From Ruminococcus sp. (GTDB lineage: Bacteria; Bacillota; Clostridia; Oscillospirales; Ruminococcaceae), in the NCBI GenBank assembly GCA_022641595.1, contig JALCDN010000001.1, positions 9,244 to 73,243 on the forward strand: DNA of 64,000 nt, in the 5' to 3' direction. The position numbers and the translations under genes are program-made. Each line of letters begins with the position of its first letter. Position 1 is the stretch's first letter. Positions 1 to 10,383 of the stretch are shown one piece after another. The notes beneath the pieces are model-generated. The model was not told the origin of the DNA. It did not search any database and was given only the letters and a program-made list of their open reading frames with translations.

Positions 1-447
1 AAACTTAAAGAGGATTACCTCAGAAACGCCTGCTCCGAATACATTAAACGTCTCTCAAGATTCTGCTCATTCTCTTTACATGAACTCGACGAGGCAAGAC
101 TACCGGATAATCCGTCACCTAAAGAAATTTCCGCTGCTCTTGACAAAGAAGCCTCTTCTATACTAAAATTCTCAAAAGGATTCTTAATTCCTCTTTGCAT
201 TGAGGGAAAACAAATTTCAAGCCCTCAGCTTTCACAGCTTATTTCAGACGTTTCTGTCAGCGGTCAGAGCTCGGTCTCATTTATCATCGGAAGCTCGTTC
301 GGTCTGGCTGAGTCCGTAAAAAATTCCGCAAACTTCAGACTCTCTATGTCTGCTATGACTTTTCCTCACCAGCTCGCAAGAGTTATGCTGCTTGAACAAA
401 TTTATCGTGCTTTCCAGATCGCCGAGGGCGGCAAATATCATAAATAA
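1..447 (+). CDS. rlmH: 23S rRNA (pseudouridine1915-N3)-methyltransferase RlmH, 5'-truncated by window edge
   Basis: Frame 1 reads KLKEDYLRNACSEYIKRL...LCIEGK...FIIGSSFGL...MTFPHQLARVMLLEQIYRAF...GKYHK*, the SPOUT RlmH signature; not in the ORF track. Confidence 0.92.
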   Translation, partial: KLKEDYLRNACSEYIKRLSRFCSFSLHELDEARLPDNPSPKEISAALDKEASSILKFSKGFLIPLCIEGKQISSPQLSQLISDVSVSGQSSVSFIIGSSFGLAESVKNSANFRLSMSAMTFPHQLARVMLLEQIYRAFQIAEGGKYHK

Positions 448-463
448 CGTAAGGAGGCTGTAT

Positions 464-2815
464 ATGGAACTTTCTATTAACTCTTCTGATACCCAAGCTA
501 TTTCTGAAACTTTACTTTGGTATAAAGACCCTGCCTCGGATTTCAATCAGGCTCTCCCTATCGGAAACGGCAGAATCGGTGCTATGGTCTTCGGCGGCAA
601 AAACTCGGAAACAATCCTCATTAACGAAGACTCACTCTGGTCAGGCGGAAAACGCAACCGCTTAAACCCCGACTCCCTTCAAGGCTTCAAGGAAGTTCGC
701 AAGCTTCTGCTCGAGGGTAATATGTCAGAAGCCGAAAACGTCGCTTTCAAAAAAATGCAGGGCGTTTGCCCCGATTCACGTCACTATATGCCTTTAGGCG
801 AGCTTCACATAGATATGTCTCTCGACAGCAGACCAAAAGACTACAAACGCTCCCTTGACCTGCAAAAAGCTATCGCTTCCACTGAATTTTCAGTCGGCGA
901 TGTTCATTTTTCAAGAGATGTCTTCGTTTCTGCTCCGGATAACGTTCTCGTTGTCCGAATTTGTGCCGATTCTCCATCTGCTGTCTCATTTTCATGCCGT
1001 ATCGACGGCTGCGATGATGCTTTCGACGACAACCGCCCCTGTGCTTCAAATATGCTCAAGCTTACAGGCGGCTACGGCGGCAAAAACGGTATTATGTTCG
1101 CTGCCGTACTCGGTGCTTCTACTATAGGCGGTTCTGTAAAAACTGTCGGAAGTACCCTGCAAATTCAAAACGCTGACGAAGCACTTATTATTTTATCGGC
1201 TCAGACCAGCTTCTACAAGGGCTTTGATGCCTATGAAGCTGCCGCTGAGCTTGATGCTGAATACGCTCTCGATTCTTCCTTCGATGAACTTTATTACCGC
1301 CACGTTCAGGACTATTCCGCTCTGTTTAACCGTGTAAAATTCTCTCTTAACGATAACAAGGACTGCGACAACTCTCTCGATACCTCAGAACGTATTATGC
1401 GTCTGCGTGGCAACGAACTCGACGACAAGGAATGCCAGCGTCATATCACCGACAACAAACTCGCTGAGCTTTACTTCAACTACGGCAGATACCTTATGAT
1501 TTCTGCAAGCCGCCCAGACTGTCAGCCTATGAACCTGCAAGGCATCTGGAACCACGATGTTCATCCTGTCTGGGGTTCACGCTACACTGTCAACATCAAC
1601 ACTCAGATGAACTACTGGTGCGCCGAAACCTGCAACCTCTCTGAATGCCATCTTCCACTTTTCGACCTCATAGAAAGAATCCGCTCGGACGGCTCGGTCA
1701 CTGCAAAACAAATGTACGGCTGCGAAGGCTTCGTCTGTCACCACGGCTCCGATATCTGGGGCGACACTGCTCCTCAGGGACTATGGACTCAGGCTTCATT
1801 ATGGCCTATGGGTGCAGCATGGCTATGCCTGCATATCTTTGAGCATTACCAATTTACCTGCGACAAGGACTTCCTTGAACAAAAATATGACACCCTTTGC
1901 GATGCAGCAAAATTCTTTGTCGGCTACCTTACACAAAATTCCGAAGGTTTCCTTATTACCGGTCCATCTGTTTCCCCTGAAAATTCTTTCATTTCAGAAA
2001 ACGGTGACAAATCTGCTCTCTGTATGGCTCCTGCTATGGACTCGCAAATCCTTACCGTCCTTTTCGATGACGTTATCAAAAGTGCCGAAATTCTCGGAAA
2101 ATCCGATAAGCTCATAGACACAATCCGTGATATGAGAAAAAAACTTCCCCCAATTAAAATCGGCAGATACGGTCAGATTATGGAATGGGACTCAGATTAC
2201 GAAGAAGTCGATACAGGTCACCGCCATATCTCTCAGCTTTTCGCTCTGTATCCTGCCTCACTCATATCACCTTATGATACTCCAAAACTCGCTGACGCCG
2301 CAAGAGCTACTCTCGTTCGCCGCCTTATCCACGGAAGCGGTCACACAGGCTGGAGCCGTGCATGGATTTCAAGTATGTGGGCAAGACTGCTCGACGGAAG
2401 AATGGTCTACGAAAATATCCAGAAACTCCTCGCTTACTACACTAACCCCAATCTGCTCGACTCTCACCCGCCTTTCCAAATCGACGGCAACTTCGGCGGT
2501 ACTGCCGCTATCGCTGAGGCTGTCATTCAAAGCGGCGACGGTATAATTAACCTTCTTCCTGCTCTACCGGACGAATGGAACAGCGGTTACCTCTGCGGCA
2601 TAAAAGCAAAAGGCGGCTTTGAAGTTTCAGTTTATTGGTCTGACGGCAAACTTATATCTGCTTCCGTTAAATCTTCTGTCGGCGGCTTATGCCGCATAAG
2701 AGCCAATGCTGTTGTCAGCGTTTGCCACGAGAACTCAAAAACCGTCAACTCAAGCATTAACGATGATGTCATTTCTTTCGACACTGCTCCCGACAGCATC
2801 TACATTATTAAGTAA
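464..2815 (+). CDS. Glycoside hydrolase family 95 (alpha-L-fucosidase/L-galactosidase), no signal peptide
   Basis: ALPIGNGRIGAM, NLQGIWN, NINTQMNYW, SPEN, HRHISQL and PFQIDGNFG motifs; AAGGAGG at 451-457 supports ATG 464 rather than 392. Confidence 0.9.
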   Translation: MELSINSSDTQAISETLLWYKDPASDFNQALPIGNGRIGAMVFGGKNSETILINEDSLWSGGKRNRLNPDSLQGFKEVRKLLLEGNMSEAENVAFKKMQGVCPDSRHYMPLGELHIDMSLDSRPKDYKRSLDLQKAIASTEFSVGDVHFSRDVFVSAPDNVLVVRICADSPSAVSFSCRIDGCDDAFDDNRPCASNMLKLTGGYGGKNGIMFAAVLGASTIGGSVKTVGSTLQIQNADEALIILSAQTSFYKGFDAYEAAAELDAEYALDSSFDELYYRHVQDYSALFNRVKFSLNDNKDCDNSLDTSERIMRLRGNELDDKECQRHITDNKLAELYFNYGRYLMISASRPDCQPMNLQGIWNHDVHPVWGSRYTVNINTQMNYWCAETCNLSECHLPLFDLIERIRSDGSVTAKQMYGCEGFVCHHGSDIWGDTAPQGLWTQASLWPMGAAWLCLHIFEHYQFTCDKDFLEQKYDTLCDAAKFFVGYLTQNSEGFLITGPSVSPENSFISENGDKSALCMAPAMDSQILTVLFDDVIKSAEILGKSDKLIDTIRDMRKKLPPIKIGRYGQIMEWDSDYEEVDTGHRHISQLFALYPASLISPYDTPKLADAARATLVRRLIHGSGHTGWSRAWISSMWARLLDGRMVYENIQKLLAYYTNPNLLDSHPPFQIDGNFGGTAAIAEAVIQSGDGIINLLPALPDEWNSGYLCGIKAKGGFEVSVYWSDGKLISASVKSSVGGLCRIRANAVVSVCHENSKTVNSSINDDVISFDTAPDSIYIIK

Positions 2816-2847
2816 TATCACGGCTTTTCAAAGGAGATACCTGCCTA

Positions 2848-4617
2848 ATGAAAATTTCTAAGCTTATTGCTATTTTTACTGCCTGCCTGATGACAGCTAC
2901 TGTCCTTGCTGGCTGCAAAAAAAATAAAAAGACATCTAAGGAGTCCTCAACTGCGTCTTATGACTCATCTTCATATGATGACTCCTCCTTACAGACATCA
3001 ACCCCCGCTACTACTGAAACCACTCCTGTTGAAACTTTCCCGGATTACCCGATATCATACCCTCAGATTATCCCTCAGGATACAGGTACCATCTATCAGG
3101 CTGAAGACTGCGACTGCACCGGACTTACCCCAACTAATACCCGCAAGGGCTTCAGCGGTAAAGCCTACGTTTCCGGCTTCGACAAGGGAACAAACTCACT
3201 TACCTTCAACATTTCTGCTCCAAGCACACAACATTATGACTTCGGTTTCTCTATCGCTTCTGATAAAGTTACCAAATGCTCAGTTTCAGTCAACGACAAA
3301 ACTATCGGTGACTTCAATACTATCGCAAACGGTAAATTTACTCTCGTTAAAATGTACGGCATCTTCCTTACTCAAGGTAACTCAACTATCAAAATTACTG
3401 TAAACAGCGGTAACATTGACCTCGATTACCTACAGCTTACTAACAATACATCTTTAAGCAAAATAAGCTATGACACAAAGGGTACTCTTACAAATCAGAA
3501 CTCCGACAAAAATACAAAAGAACTTATGAGTTTCCTCTCGGAACAATACGGCTCTTCTATTATTTCTGGTCAGTATGTATCAGACTCCTCCAACAAGGAG
3601 CTTGACCTCGTTTACCGCACTACCGGAAAATACCCGGTAATCCGCTTCTCTGAGCTTGACTCCTCTTATATGTCACTCGATGACAGCTTCAATGACATCG
3701 AAGCCGCTGCCGACTGGTACAGACAAGGCGGTATCGTCGGTCTTATGTGGCAATGGAAAGCTCCTTCCTCAAAATCCTCTGTCTATGCCGCTGACACTGA
3801 CTTCAAACTCAGCAAGGCTGTCACAAATACTGATATATCTTCACTCTCTCAGGAACAAATCCGTGCCTTATACGGCGAAGGCAAAATCTCTAAGGAATGC
3901 TATGGCATTATCCTCGATATCGACAATATGGCAGGCAAACTCCTTTCACTCAAAAGTCTCGGTATCCCGGTACTATGGCGTCCGCTTCACGAGGCCGGCG
4001 GAAACTGGTTTTGGTGGGGAGCTGACGGCGTTTCCAGCTACAAGTGGCTCTGGAACCTTATGTACTCCCGTATGACAAACTATTTCAAACTCGACAACCT
4101 TATATGGGTCTGGAACGGTCAGAGTGCCGAATGTCTCGTTGACAAAAACACTTTCGACATCGCTTCAGTTGACATCTATATGAACAAGGACAAGGATTTC
4201 GGCAGCCGCTATGAACAGTTCGCCGCTATTCAGAAAATGGTCGGCAAGGACAAGCTTATCGCTATCTCTGAATGCAGCCGCATTCCCGATGTTGACGACT
4301 CTTTCCGTGATAACGCTGTATGGTCTTTCTTCGGTCTCTGGTACGGCTCTTATGTCTCAAAAAACGGTAAGTTCTCAGAGGAATATATCAAAAAAGACGC
4401 TTTTATCAAGGCTTACAATTCCGAAGGCGTTATGACTCTCGATGAATACCGCAAACTTACCGGCTACGGCGGCAATACTCCTGTAACCGCCACAAAACCT
4501 GTCGTTTCATCACCTCCCGCAACAACTGCTGTCACAGCCGCTTCAACTGCACCGGCTTCTTCCACAACAACTACTTCCACTGTCACTGTTGCCACAGCCG
4601 CTGCTTCCTCAACTTAA
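2848..4617 (+). CDS. Lipoprotein GH26 beta-mannanase with CBM35-like module and S/T-rich linkers
   Basis: Lipobox LAGC; YQAED..GFSGKAYV CBM-like segment; WRPLHEAGGNWFWWG and IAISEC catalytic motifs. Confidence 0.88.
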   Translation: MKISKLIAIFTACLMTATVLAGCKKNKKTSKESSTASYDSSSYDDSSLQTSTPATTETTPVETFPDYPISYPQIIPQDTGTIYQAEDCDCTGLTPTNTRKGFSGKAYVSGFDKGTNSLTFNISAPSTQHYDFGFSIASDKVTKCSVSVNDKTIGDFNTIANGKFTLVKMYGIFLTQGNSTIKITVNSGNIDLDYLQLTNNTSLSKISYDTKGTLTNQNSDKNTKELMSFLSEQYGSSIISGQYVSDSSNKELDLVYRTTGKYPVIRFSELDSSYMSLDDSFNDIEAAADWYRQGGIVGLMWQWKAPSSKSSVYAADTDFKLSKAVTNTDISSLSQEQIRALYGEGKISKECYGIILDIDNMAGKLLSLKSLGIPVLWRPLHEAGGNWFWWGADGVSSYKWLWNLMYSRMTNYFKLDNLIWVWNGQSAECLVDKNTFDIASVDIYMNKDKDFGSRYEQFAAIQKMVGKDKLIAISECSRIPDVDDSFRDNAVWSFFGLWYGSYVSKNGKFSEEYIKKDAFIKAYNSEGVMTLDEYRKLTGYGGNTPVTATKPVVSSPPATTAVTAASTAPASSTTTTSTVTVATAAASST

Positions 4618-4634
4618 TATATAATACACAGAAC

Positions 4635-4678
4635 AAGCGGACTCTCAAGGATTTTATTTACCTTCAGAGTCCGCTTTT
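4635..4678 (+). terminator. Intrinsic terminator after GH26
   Basis: AAGCGGACTCT...AGAGTCCGCTT stem followed by T-rich tract. Confidence 0.75.
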
Positions 4679-4789
4679 AATTTATTTTGAAAACAAGTTC
4701 TAAGATACACATTCGCAAAAGTCGTGCTTATTGCACTGCAATACAATTTTTCAAAGCTTATCTTTTGTATTTTTCGAGGTTAACCTGCT

Positions 4790-6184
4790 TTATATTTTCT
4801 TTAGCTCACCTTTTACATTGTACATCATATAAAATGCTATAAACATTGCTATAAGCTCTGCTAACGGAAATGCAAGCCATACCGTTTCGGACGCATTCGC
4901 AAACCTCGTAAACAGCCATGCTATCGGCAATGCTCCTGCTATAAGCCTTACAAACGACAGCACCAATGAATACATTCCCTTTCCCAACGCCTGAAAGATT
5001 CCCTGATACGCTATATTTGCTCCTACAAACAGATATCCAGGCGTTATAAGCCGTATTGCAAGTCGGCAAAGTCTTATCGTTTCTTCAGACAACGCAAATA
5101 TTCCTACAAGCTGATTCGCAAATATCTGCAAACCAATCAGTCCAACAAGCATTATCAAAAGCGTAAACTTCATTCCGTAACGTATTCCTTCATTTATCCG
5201 CTTTTTATCACGCTTTCCGTAATTAAAACCTATTATCGGTATCATAGCATTGTTCATTCCGAATGCCGCAAAAAATACAAACTGCTGTATCTTATAGTAA
5301 ACTCCATACGCTGTAACTGCTGTTTCAGATACATTCCCAAGTATTATATTTACTCCGTATGTCATAAAGGACATAAGTGCCTGCATAAGAATTGCAGGAA
5401 TGCCTACCTTATATATCTCAACTATTATTCCAAGTTCAGGCTTTATGTAAGAAATTTCTGTTCCAAAATCGTTTTTGTTGTACTTATAGTGAAATACAGC
5501 ATCAAGCAGAAATGATACAAACTGTCCTATTACCGTCGCATAAGCTGCTCCATCTATCCCAAGCTCAGGACAGCCAAAATATCCGAATATCATTATCGGG
5601 TCAAGTATTATGTTCACGACTGCTCCTGTTATCTGAGCTATCGTTGTCAGCATCGTTCTTCCTGTGGCTTGCAACAATTTCTCATATGTCATATACATAG
5701 ACACGCCAAATGAGTACACTGTGCATATTCTGAGATACCTTACGCCAAGGTCTGCCGTTATCGCATCTCCGGTTTGTGACAATATGTACGGCTCTACTCC
5801 GAATATGCCGAACAAAAGAAAAATTACAAACATACAGATTCCAAGAAATATTGAATTTCCACTGATTTTCCCAGCCTTTTCACGGTTTCCCTCACCGAGA
5901 CTCTTTGAGATTATTGCGTTGATTCCAACTCCGGTTCCGACTCCTATTGCTATCATAAGCATTTGTATCGGAAACGCAAGCGTCAATGCATTAACTGCTC
6001 TGTCGCTCATATTTTTGACTGCATCAGTATCTTTCATACAGCTTACAAAATAGCTGTCGGCTATATTGTAAACCGCCTGTAGTGCCATTGAAATTATCAT
6101 TGGTATTCCCATTGACAACAGCAGTCGTTTTATCGGCAGTATTCCCATCTTATTCATAGTAATTGCTTCTGTTTCGCTATTCAT
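4790..6184 (-). CDS. MATE family efflux transporter
   Basis: About 12 hydrophobic segments; YNIADSYFV, NIILDPIMIFG, GIDGAAYATVIGQ and GFNYG motifs; GGAGG RBS. Confidence 0.9.
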   Translation of the reverse strand: MNSETEAITMNKMGILPIKRLLLSMGIPMIISMALQAVYNIADSYFVSCMKDTDAVKNMSDRAVNALTLAFPIQMLMIAIGVGTGVGINAIISKSLGEGNREKAGKISGNSIFLGICMFVIFLLFGIFGVEPYILSQTGDAITADLGVRYLRICTVYSFGVSMYMTYEKLLQATGRTMLTTIAQITGAVVNIILDPIMIFGYFGCPELGIDGAAYATVIGQFVSFLLDAVFHYKYNKNDFGTEISYIKPELGIIVEIYKVGIPAILMQALMSFMTYGVNIILGNVSETAVTAYGVYYKIQQFVFFAAFGMNNAMIPIIGFNYGKRDKKRINEGIRYGMKFTLLIMLVGLIGLQIFANQLVGIFALSEETIRLCRLAIRLITPGYLFVGANIAYQGIFQALGKGMYSLVLSFVRLIAGALPIAWLFTRFANASETVWLAFPLAELIAMFIAFYMMYNVKGELKKI

Positions 6185-6217
6185 TTTTTACCTCCGTATA
6201 ATTTTCCCAAAAATAAA

Positions 6218-6267
6218 AATCGTGCAGCTGTAATAAATCCGGACTTAGGCATTACAGCTGCACGATT
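6218..6267 (-). terminator. 17-bp stem hairpin with U tract between cohesin gene and MATE gene
   Basis: AATCGTGCAGCTGTAAT (6218-6234) / ATTACAGCTGCACGATT (6251-6267). Confidence 0.7.
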
Positions 6268-6341
6268 AATTTTATTTTATCATTTTTTGTAGTTTTTCGT
6301 AATGGGCATTTTGCACAAACTTTTGCTGAAAATCTGTAGGT

Positions 6342-7031
6342 TTACTCAGTAACCGTTATGTTTCCGTTCACCCAGTTTTCAACGGCATATTTCTGCATTG
6401 CGGCATCTTTCGATACATTTGTGAACATATCGCCGTCCTTATAGAAAAATTCAAGATTATAAACGGTTCCGACTGTTGCATCATCAGGAATTTTAAAGCT
6501 GAAGCTCACAATTTCGCCATCTTTTCCCGAATTTTCGTTGCTTGCCGTTGTGAAGAACACTGCATACTTATTATTTTTCACAAGGTCATCAGGACGGTTA
6601 TCAATCCAGCCAAGAGCAACCATTGCTGCCATATCCTTTACGGCATCGCCCTTTTCATATGCAATTTCGCCTGTATTTTCGTCATTTACGGCCGTAAGTG
6701 CATCGTCATACGAAAAATGTATGCCGCACATAGCCCAAAGTCCATCGGCACCCTGAACTGTTACAGGAATCTGCACTGTTTCGCCGGCTTTTGCTTCTGC
6801 ACTTCCAAGAGTCAGTATTGGTGAACAGCTTCGGCTTTCAATATCAACCGAACTGCTGCTTTCACTATTGTTTTGGCTGTTATTTTCGGCACTTTTCTCA
6901 GAATCGGCTGCAGTGCTGTCCTGGTTGGTATTTACCGAGATTTTCAATACATCGTCACAGCCTGTCATAAGGCAAAGAGCTGTTGCTGCCGCTGTTACAG
7001 CTCCAAGAAAACGAATCCCCATATTCCTCAT
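6342..7031 (-). CDS. Lipoprotein with single cohesin domain (membrane-anchored mini-scaffoldin)
   Basis: Signal peptide with lipobox LMTGC, S/N linker, then LTLGSAEAKAGETVQIPVTV...FSYD..LT...KDGEIVSFSFKIPDDATVGTVY...NGNITV, typical of a cohesin beta-sandwich. Confidence 0.8.
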   Translation of the reverse strand: MRNMGIRFLGAVTAAATALCLMTGCDDVLKISVNTNQDSTAADSEKSAENNSQNNSESSSSVDIESRSCSPILTLGSAEAKAGETVQIPVTVQGADGLWAMCGIHFSYDDALTAVNDENTGEIAYEKGDAVKDMAAMVALGWIDNRPDDLVKNNKYAVFFTTASNENSGKDGEIVSFSFKIPDDATVGTVYNLEFFYKDGDMFTNVSKDAAMQKYAVENWVNGNITVTE

Positions 7032-7039
7032 AATCTCCT

Positions 7040-9355
7040 CTATTTACCTTCAACTGTTATTTCATTCTTGTCATCGGCAGATATTGCGATAGTGCTTATA
7101 TTTGAAGCGTTCTCTATTATAATATTTGCAATTTTATCCTCGATATTCTGTCTGATAACACGTCTTATATCTCTTGCACCATCAGTTTTTCCGTAAGATT
7201 TTTCAGCTATTGCAGAAAGTGCCTTGTCATCATAGGCAAGAGAAATGTTTTTCTCTCCGAGTGGTTCACGCATTTCATCGAGCATAAGAGCGGCAATTTT
7301 TGCAAAGTCATCCTTTGTAAGCTGCTTGAAAACAACTATTTCGTCTATTCTTCCAAGAAATTCAGGTCTTAGAAACTCACGGAGTCCCTTTACAGCCTTT
7401 TCCTTAGAAATTTCGTTTACTGTCTTATTGAAGCCAACTCCTGTTGACTTATCGGTAGAGCCTGCATTTGAGGTCATACAAATGATAGTATTCTCAAAAT
7501 TTACAGTTCTTCCGTGAGCGTCGTCAACCTTGCCTTCATCAAGTATCTGCATAAGAATGTTCATTACATCCGGGTGAGCCTTTTCGATTTCGTCGAACAA
7601 AATCACTGAATACGGACGTCTTCTAACCTTTTCTGTAAGCTGACCTGCCTCATCGTAGCCAACGTATCCAGGAGGTGAACCTATCATTCTTGCTACGGAA
7701 TGCTTTTCCATATACTCTGTCATATCAAGTCTTATCAAAGGCTCTGTCGAGTCGAATAGCTCCGTTGATACAGCCTTTACAAGCTCTGTTTTACCAACGC
7801 CTGTTGGTCCGACAAAGATAAACGATGCAGGACGGCGGCGTTTGCTGAGCTGTACTCTTGTTCGTTTTATTGACTTTGATATAAGTTCAACGGCTTCGTC
7901 CTGACCGATAATTTTCTTTTTGAGAGTTTCCTCAAGGTGAGCAATCTTCATAAAATCGGTTTCTGCAATTTTCTTTGCAGGAATTCCGGTCCAAAGCTCG
8001 ACTACCTTTGCGATATCGTCCTCAGTAACATTTACGTTGCTTACTTTTTCCTTTAGCTCAGTTTCAGTTGCACGGGCACGGATGAGTTTACCCTTTATAT
8101 CGGCAAGGAGCTGATAATCCGGTTCAGTTTCCTGTTCGGCAGACTTCTCCTCTTCCTCAAGCTCGGCAATTTCCTTTGTAACCTTGTCATATTCTGCAAT
8201 TTCCGGTGTTCTTATGCAAGTGCAGGCACAGCCCTCGTCAAGAAGGTCGATGGCTTTATCAGGCAGAAATCTGTCGGTTATATAGCGTTCCGAAAGAACA
8301 GCACAAAGTCTTATCAGGTAATCGGAAATCTTTACCTTGTGATAGTCCTCGTAGTATTTTTTTATTCCAAGCAAAACGTCAACTGTTTCCTCGACCGTAG
8401 GTTCATTTACGGTTACAGGCTGGAATCTTCTTTCGAGTGCGGTATCCTTTTCGATATACTTACGGTATTCGCCAAACGTTGTTGCACCTATTACCTGAAC
8501 CTCGCCTCTTGAAAGTGCGGGTTTTAAGATATTTGCGGCATTCATTGAGCCTTCTGAGTCGCCTGTACCTATGAGGTTATGCACTTCATCTATGAAAAGT
8601 ATTATATTGCCTTCGCTTTTTACTTCCTCAACCAGACCCTTTACACGGCTTTCAAACTGTCCTCTGAACTGTGTTCCGGCAACAAGAGCCGTAAGGTCGA
8701 GCAGATACACCTTTTTATCGGCAAGATTGAATGGTACATCGCCTGAATTTATTCTCTGAGCGATTCCCTCTGCTATTGCGGTTTTACCTACGCCTGGCTC
8801 GCCTATAAGACACGGATTATTTTTGGTACGGCGTGAAAGTATCTGCACAACTCGTGCTATTTCCTTATCACGGCCTATTATTTCATCAAGCTTTCCGTCC
8901 TTTGCTTTTTGAGTAAGGTTTGTGCAATAATTTCCGAGAAATTTAAGTTCCTTTGGTTTATCTTTTTTGCGGTCTTTTTTGCCGAATATTCCCATACGTT
9001 TTTCTTCGGTTCTATCGTCCTGACGTTTTGGGTCAGATTTTTCTTTTGGAGCGTCATTTTTTTCGTTCTCGTCTGCTTTATTTTCAGATTTGAGCAGTCC
9101 CTGCAAAAATTCGGGCATAACTCCCGAACCGCCCATTTCAAAGCTGTCTCCGTCGAGCAGTCCCATCATCTGGTCGGATATCTGTTCCATTTCTGCATCT
9201 GTAATGCCCAATTGCTCCATATACTCGGCTACCTGAGGTATTTTCATTTCTTTTGCACACACCATGCAATATCCCTCATTTTTCTTTTCATCGCCCTGTA
9301 CTGAAGTGATGAACACTACTGCCGGACGCTTTTTGCATTTACTGCACATTATCAT
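7040..9355 (-). CDS. clpC: ATP-dependent Clp protease ATPase subunit (ClpC/ClpE-like, N-terminal CxxC zinc finger)
   Basis: Two Walker A motifs GEPGVGKT and GPTGVGKT; [16 protein letters not shown] and [10 protein letters not shown]. Confidence 0.9.
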   Translation of the reverse strand: MIMCSKCKKRPAVVFITSVQGDEKKNEGYCMVCAKEMKIPQVAEYMEQLGITDAEMEQISDQMMGLLDGDSFEMGGSGVMPEFLQGLLKSENKADENEKNDAPKEKSDPKRQDDRTEEKRMGIFGKKDRKKDKPKELKFLGNYCTNLTQKAKDGKLDEIIGRDKEIARVVQILSRRTKNNPCLIGEPGVGKTAIAEGIAQRINSGDVPFNLADKKVYLLDLTALVAGTQFRGQFESRVKGLVEEVKSEGNIILFIDEVHNLIGTGDSEGSMNAANILKPALSRGEVQVIGATTFGEYRKYIEKDTALERRFQPVTVNEPTVEETVDVLLGIKKYYEDYHKVKISDYLIRLCAVLSERYITDRFLPDKAIDLLDEGCACTCIRTPEIAEYDKVTKEIAELEEEEKSAEQETEPDYQLLADIKGKLIRARATETELKEKVSNVNVTEDDIAKVVELWTGIPAKKIAETDFMKIAHLEETLKKKIIGQDEAVELISKSIKRTRVQLSKRRRPASFIFVGPTGVGKTELVKAVSTELFDSTEPLIRLDMTEYMEKHSVARMIGSPPGYVGYDEAGQLTEKVRRRPYSVILFDEIEKAHPDVMNILMQILDEGKVDDAHGRTVNFENTIICMTSNAGSTDKSTGVGFNKTVNEISKEKAVKGLREFLRPEFLGRIDEIVVFKQLTKDDFAKIAALMLDEMREPLGEKNISLAYDDKALSAIAEKSYGKTDGARDIRRVIRQNIEDKIANIIIENASNISTIAISADDKNEITVEGK

Positions 9356-9388
9356 TCGTTATATGCCTCCTATTTTTGCATTTTGAGC

Positions 9389-10297
9389 TTATGCCCAATC
9401 AATACTGTAGACTTTTAAATTATAAATATATTTAAATATTATTGTACTATCTATTGTTTCCTTATTGAAACACATCATTTTATTGTTTCCGGCAATTATG
9501 CAGAATGTTATTGCCGAACAGATAACGAACATTACAAACATTACCCTTATGCATCCAACGATTCCTCCTGCAATACAGTTTGCGGTTCCGGTCAGACCAA
9601 TTATTCCTTTATCGCCAATGCCTTGTGACATAAGCCTTGCAACGATCATAAATATAATGAAAAACAGCAGAAAAGTTGCTATTCTTATTACCTTTGTCGT
9701 TATTTCTTCAACATATGTTTCCTCGATATATTTTGAAACGGTTTTTACGTCACTATTTGCAACTATGTTCATAGCATCATTCACATTACTGCTTTTTTCT
9801 GACTTTTCAAATATTTCCGACACCGCATAGTCTGGTATGTCGTTTTTGAGTAAATCGCTCATAATGCGGGCATATCCAAGATTTACATTAGCCTTGAATC
9901 CATCATATGTATCAACTCTTATCCCATTGACATTATTTGCATACGCATATAAGCTGGACGTTATACCCTTGCCGCTTTTAAGAATTTCATCAATTTTCTC
10001 CGGATTTGTTTTTAGATTATAATCGAGTCCATCAAGGTAAGCTGAAAGTTTTTCTGAAAATGAAAATTCGTCAAGACGTCTTTCAATTTCATTTCTATTG
10101 CTCACTCTAACAGATGAGTCATAGACAAATTTAGCTGTCGAACCACTTATAAGAACTCCTATAACAACGCTGAATATACAGCCTATTGTGATAACAAATG
10201 ACTTTGAAAGTCCCTTTCGTGCCGATGCATACACAAAGCCAATTATCACTGCAACAGTCAGCACATCAAAAAACCACCAGAATTGTGTATTAACCAT
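9389..10297 (-). CDS. Membrane protein, CvpA (colicin V production)-like
   Basis: N-terminal TM with D..T...ARKGL, large loop, C-terminal TM pair with N.IAGGIVG. Confidence 0.6.
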   Translation of the reverse strand: MVNTQFWWFFDVLTVAVIIGFVYASARKGLSKSFVITIGCIFSVVIGVLISGSTAKFVYDSSVRVSNRNEIERRLDEFSFSEKLSAYLDGLDYNLKTNPEKIDEILKSGKGITSSLYAYANNVNGIRVDTYDGFKANVNLGYARIMSDLLKNDIPDYAVSEIFEKSEKSSNVNDAMNIVANSDVKTVSKYIEETYVEEITTKVIRIATFLLFFIIFMIVARLMSQGIGDKGIIGLTGTANCIAGGIVGCIRVMFVMFVICSAITFCIIAGNNKMMCFNKETIDSTIIFKYIYNLKVYSIDWA

Positions 10298-10383
10298 AAC
10301 CGTTTACCTATGCACACTGTATATCAACATTCTTCAAATCATTTTGTATAAGAATGTCAAAATCTGCAATGGCTTCCTTTCAT

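Noticed and set aside
421-460. rlmH 3' end as integration hotspot for an island carrying GH95/GH26
   Set aside because: No recombinase and no duplicated att sequence seen; downstream genes share local codon style.
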